Assembly: GCA_964450125.1 (NCBI GenBank)
Contig: CAYVDO010000006.1
Location: 2,059 to 46,762 of the forward strand
Reading direction: 5' to 3'
Source of the DNA: an uncultured bacterium
Lineage (GTDB): Bacteria; JADJOY01
Length of the DNA stretch: 44,704 bases
Numbering within the stretch: position 1 is the stretch's first letter; every line of letters begins with the position of its first letter. A program made the position numbers and the translations under genes. Under the pieces are notes generated by a model. That model was not told where the DNA came from and searched no databases. It saw only the letters and a program-made list of their open reading frames with translations. Positions 39,208-44,704 of this stretch are shown piece by piece.

Positions 39208-40457
39208 TCACTCGTAACGGAGCGCTTCGGCGGGATCGAGGCGAGAAGCCTGCCAGGCCGGATAGATCGTGGCCAGATAGGAGATGGCGATCGCGGTCAC
39301 GGCCACGATCACCACGTCGAGGGGGTTCACCTTGCTCGGCACCTCGTTGATGTAGAAGACGTCCGGCGGAATGATGACGATGTGAAACACGCGCTCGACG
39401 AACCGCGCCAGGTTCGTGAGATTGAGCGCCGTCACGAGACCGAGGGTCACGCCCAGCGCCGTACCCGTGAATCCCACGGCAAGCCCCTCCACCTGGAAGA
39501 TCTTGCGGATGCTCGCCGACGACGCCCCCATGGACTTGAGGATCGCGATGTCCTTGGTCTTCTCGAGCACCGCCATGATCAGGGTGCTCACGATGTTGAA
39601 CCCAGCCACCAACGTGATGAGCAGCACCACGATGAAGTAGACGAGGCGCTCCAGAAAGAACGCCGCGAAGAGATTCTGGTTCATCGTGATCCAGTTGCGG
39701 GTGCTGTACGGGAAGCCCAGGGCCGTCTGGACGCGCTCCGCCACTTCGACGGCGTGCCGCGGCTCGCGCAGCCGAAGCTCGACACCGGTCACTTGCTTCC
39801 CCACGCCGAGCAGGCTCTGCCCCTCCCCCACGTGCACGTAGCAGAGCGAGTTGTCGTACTCGTGCATGCCCGAGTCGAAGATGCCCACGACTTCCAGCGG
39901 CCGCGAGCTGTACCCCGCGCCGAAGGGAGTGATCGCTCCGCGCGGGGAGATCGCGTCGATCCGGTCGCCCACTCCCACCGAGAGCTGCGCCGCCAGTGCC
40001 TTTCCGAGCACCACGCCACCGGGCCTGCCCTGACCGCCCGGGTGGAGCTCGGCGAGGTTGCCCTCACGCAAGTCGCGAAGCACCTCGATCACCTGGGGTG
40101 CCGTCGCGGGATCGATGCCGCGCACCACCACCCCGGCGCTCGAAACGTCGTTGCGCAGCATGATCTGCGCATACACGAATGGGGTCGCGGCCTCCACCTC
40201 GGGATCGGCCTTGGCCACGTCTAGCACGTGAGCCGGATCGTCGATCCCGCCGCCGAATTTGAGCACCATCACGTGGGGATTGATGCCCAGGATCTTCGAC
40301 TTGAGCGCGTCCTCGAAGCCCGTCAGCACCGCCAGCACGATGATGAGCGCCGCCACACCCAACGTGAATCCCGCGAGCGTGATCAGCGAGATCACGGAGA
40401 CGAAGGTCTGCTTGCCGCGGGTTCGCAGGTAGCGCCAGCCGACGAAGGTCTCGAACC

Positions 40458-40461
<4 letters not shown>
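39208..40461 (-). CDS. lolE: lipoprotein-releasing system transmembrane subunit (LolC/LolE family, FtsX-like permease)
   Basis: 417 aa. Family-typical N-terminus MRFETFVGWRYLRTRGKQTFVSVISLITLAGFTLGVAALIIVLAVLTGF, with a periplasmic loop and a C-terminal FtsX domain. The GTG start overlaps the lysS stop. Confidence 0.9.
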
Positions 40462-41950
<1,489 letters not shown>

Positions 41951-41954
<4 letters not shown>

Positions 41955-43100
41955 ACGTCGATCCCGTCCGAGGCGGAGTCCGGATCCCCCGCACCCTCAC
42001 CCATCAGGAAACCCTCGATGAACCGGTCGAGGTCGCCGTCGAGCACCGCCGTGGGGTTACCCGACTCGACGCCGGTACGGTGGTCCTTCACCATCTGGTA
42101 GGGCTGCAGCACGTAGGAGCGGATCTGCGAGCCCCATTCGATCTTCTTCTTGGTGCCCGAGAGACTCTCGAGGTGCTTCTCGCGCTCTTCCAGCTCGATC
42201 TCGAGCAGGCGCCCCTTCAAGAGCTTCATCGCGGTGTGGCGGTTCTTGTGCTGGGAGCGCTCGTTCTGGCACTGGACCACGATGCCGCTCGGCAAGTGCG
42301 TGATGCGCACCGCCGAGTCGGTGCGATTGACGTGCTGGCCACCCGCGCCCGAGGCCCGATACGTGTCGATCTTGAGATCGACTTCGTTGATGTCGATCTC
42401 CACGTCGTCTTCGATCTCCGGAAAGACACCCACCGAGCAGAACGACGTATGCCGGCGCTTGGCGGCATCGAAGGGCGAGATCCGCACCAACCGATGGACG
42501 CCGCGCTCCGCGCGCATGTAACCGTACGCATGCGAGCCCCGTAACGCGAGTGTCGCGCTCTTGATGCCGGCGTCCTCCGCGGCCAAGAGATCGATGAGCT
42601 CGCTCTGGAAGCCGTGGCGCTCGGCCCAGCGCCGGTACATCCGGAGCAGCATCTCGGCCCAGTCCTGCGCTTCGGTTCCACCCGCACCGGCGTGGATCGC
42701 GACGATCGCGTTGCGATGATCCTCGGGGCCGGCGAGCATCCGCTCGAGCTCACGCTCGCGCGTCCAGGTCTCGAGCCACTCCACCTTCTGCTCGAGCTCG
42801 GCCACGGCCTCCGCCTCGCCCTCTCGCGCCATGTCCGCGTACACGGCGGCGTCGTCGAGCGTCGCGTCGGCCTTCGCCCACGCATCCAGCTCGCCACGGA
42901 CTTGGGCGCGCTCGCGCAACGCTGCCTGCGCCTTGTCGCGATCGCTCCAGAAATCCGGTTGCGCGCTCAGCGCGTCGAGCTCGTCGAGCTTGCGTCGCTT
43001 GGCATCGAGGTCAAAGATGCCCCCGAAGGTCCGAGGTCTTCTCGCGAACCTTCGTCAATCGTCCCTCGGCCTCGATCAGCCGTTCCTGTACGTCGACCAT
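41951..43100 (-). CDS. prfB: peptide chain release factor 2, requiring a programmed +1 ribosomal frameshift at 43011-43016
   Basis: The first 29 codons (ATG 43100; MVDVQERLIEAEGRLTKVREKTSDLRGHL) end at an in-frame TGA. Shifting +1 gives DLDAKRRKLDELDALSAQPDFWSDRDKAQ..., which continues into the 41951-42919 ORF. That ORF has the GGQ motif (SGAGGQHVN) and the SPF motif (RISPFD). Confidence 0.9.
43010..43025 (-). promoter_or_regulatory. RF2 autoregulatory +1 frameshift site: SD-like GGGGG, 3-nt spacer, CUU UGA C
   Basis: Minus strand reads CGG GGG CAT CTT TGA C. This has the same architecture as the classic E. coli prfB site AGG GGG TAT CTT TGA C. Confidence 0.9.
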
Positions 43101-43137
43101 CGCCTTCCCCCCCTCGATCCCGACCCGATCCGATTCA

Positions 43138-44704
43138 TCATTGCGCAGGCTCGGCGCCGCGCACGCGTCCCCGGCGGGCACCGATCGCCCGCGCCACGAG
43201 CACCAGCAGCACCACGCCACTCGAGCTGCGCGCGAAAACGTCACCGTAACGCAAGTAGAGGCTTTCGAGGACTGGCCCGAGCGTCACCGCGCCCGAAAGC
43301 GTGCCGTCCACGAAGAGCCCAGTCTCGCTGACCCGGCGGCCCCAGGGATCCACGAATGTGGTGACGCCGGTGTTGGCGGCACGCGCCAGCCACACGCGGT
43401 TCTCGATCGCTCGCACCTGCGCCATCTCGAGGTGCTGATAGGGGGCGCCCAAGCGCCCGAACCACGCGTCGTTGGTGATGCTCACGAGCAATCGCGCGCC
43501 AGCAGCGACGGCGTGTCGCGCTTCCATCGGGAAGATCGCCTCGTAGCAGATGAGCACGGCGAACCGGATGCGCTCTCCCACGGCGAAGGTCACGTGCTCT
43601 TTCCCGGGATGGAAATTCCCGATGCCCGCGACGATCTTTTCCAAGAACGGAAACGGGCTCCACTCGCCGAACGGCACGAGGTGCATCTTGTCGTAGTGGG
43701 CCAGCTCGCCGCCGTCGGGCGCCAAGAGATAGGCGCGATTCAGGCTCTCCACGTCTGCAGCGGTGAGCGGGCGACCCGCGCTCGGCATCGACCCTTCTTT
43801 GAGGCGATACGCGGGTGCGCCGAAGAGCACCGGCAGCCCGGTGAGCCGCGCCAGATCGCGTGCCCGCTCGCTGAAAGCACCGCCTCGTTGGAAGTAGAAG
43901 GGCATGGCGGTCTCGGGAAGCACCAGCAGGTCGAGGGGCTCCTTCGCGGCTCGCGCCGCGAGCGCCTGATAGACGTCGATGGTGTGGCTGCGAAACGCCT
44001 CGTCCCACTTCTGATCCTGCGGGACGTTCCCTTGCAGGAGCCCGATCCGCACCGGCTCGCTGGATGCGGGAGTCGTCCGCATGCGGATCAGCCCGTAGAC
44101 CCGCACACCCGCCACGACCAGCACCAGTGCCACGAGATGGGCGAATGGCACGCGTAGCGCACCGAGCCACGAGCGCCACGCCAGCGCAACCGCCGCCGAG
44201 GTCGCCACCAGCACGAAGCTCACGCCGTAAATCCCAGTGACGTCGGCGATCTGCACCATCGGCAAGTAGCCCACCTGGCTGTAACCGAGCGTGAGCCAGG
44301 GAAAGCCGGTGAGGAAGAACGAGCGCAGGTACTCGAGCGCGCACCAAAGCGCAGCGAGCCCCCAGATGCCCCATCCGCGATCGAGACCGAGCGGCGCGGA
44401 GAGCGCCGCGAAGCTCGCCACGAAGAGCGCCAGGAACGCCGACAACAGCACGTGGCCGAGCACGCTCAGCGCCACCGGCAACGCACCGAAGTGGTGCATC
44501 GTTTCCACCAGCCAGTAGAGCCCGCCCAGGAAGAGCGCCATTCCCGCGAGATAGCCGAGGACGAAGCGGCGCCGCCAAGGCTCGCCGGCGAGCGCGACCA
44601 AGAGCGGCGCCAGCCCCACCCAGGCGAGCGGCCGCACCGGGTAGATGGGAAACGCCAGCACCAAGAGCACGCCGCTCGTGAGCGCCGCGGCGATCTTCCA
44701 GGGC
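43138..44704 (-). CDS. lnt: apolipoprotein N-acyltransferase, 5' end probably beyond the window
   Basis: A multi-TM N-terminal half is followed by the CN-hydrolase domain with the catalytic-Cys context VLICYEAIFP. The frame stays open to the window edge (..PWKIAAALTSGVLLVLAFP), so the GTG at 44670 is probably internal. Confidence 0.9.
   Translation of the reverse strand, partial: PWKIAAALTSGVLLVLAFPIYPVRPLAWVGLAPLLVALAGEPWRRRFVLGYLAGMALFLGGLYWLVETMHHFGALPVALSVLGHVLLSAFLALFVASFAALSAPLGLDRGWGIWGLAALWCALEYLRSFFLTGFPWLTLGYSQVGYLPMVQIADVTGIYGVSFVLVATSAAVALAWRSWLGALRVPFAHLVALVLVVAGVRVYGLIRMRTTPASSEPVRIGLLQGNVPQDQKWDEAFRSHTIDVYQALAARAAKEPLDLLVLPETAMPFYFQRGGAFSERARDLARLTGLPVLFGAPAYRLKEGSMPSAGRPLTAADVESLNRAYLLAPDGGELAHYDKMHLVPFGEWSPFPFLEKIVAGIGNFHPGKEHVTFAVGERIRFAVLICYEAIFPMEARHAVAAGARLLVSITNDAWFGRLGAPYQHLEMAQVRAIENRVWLARAANTGVTTFVDPWGRRVSETGLFVDGTLSGAVTLGPVLESLYLRYGDVFARSSSGVVLLVLVARAIGARRGRVRGAEPAQ

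Overview
This is a very GC-rich, gene-dense chromosomal window from a Gram-negative bacterium. Gene content and style suggest a Myxococcota/deltaproteobacterial-type genome (inference). No rRNA, tRNA, CRISPR array, transposase or integrase was seen.

The right-hand 19 kb (25.8-44.7 kb) is one uninterrupted minus-strand array of outer-membrane and LPS biogenesis genes: lnt, prfB (canonical +1 frameshift site visible), lysS, lolE, lolD, bamA, skp, lpxD, fabZ, lpxA, a Gfo/Idh/MocA oxidoreductase, lpxB fused in frame to msbA, a DUF374-like acyltransferase domain fused in frame to waaA, and lpxK. Many junctions are 4-nt ATGA/GTGA/TTGA overlaps.

Downstream of this array on the same strand lie an OmpA-family porin-like gene with its own sigma70-type promoter and hairpin terminator, then a coupled unit of DUF2723-like GT-C membrane protein, mutL, miaA and a POTRA-less Omp85 barrel. 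The plus strand between 13.3 and 17.8 kb carries an SDR epimerase, ilvE, holA and holB.

The least explained part is 6.9-13.1 kb. A MEMO-like (AmmeMemoRadiSam protein B family) gene follows two B12-binding radical SAM genes and a polytopic-membrane/beta-propeller gene. There is no AMMECR1 partner, and an odd 426-nt stop-free leader may hide a small ORF.

The left end holds a divergent pair of paralogous GlmU-like beta-helix proteins sharing a control region with a perfect 22-bp palindrome. It also holds a duplicated ~65-nt hairpin element, a zinc-ribbon/TPR membrane protein and gltX. The many long Arg/Pro/Ala-rich ORFs in the supplied track are shadow frames of the real genes.
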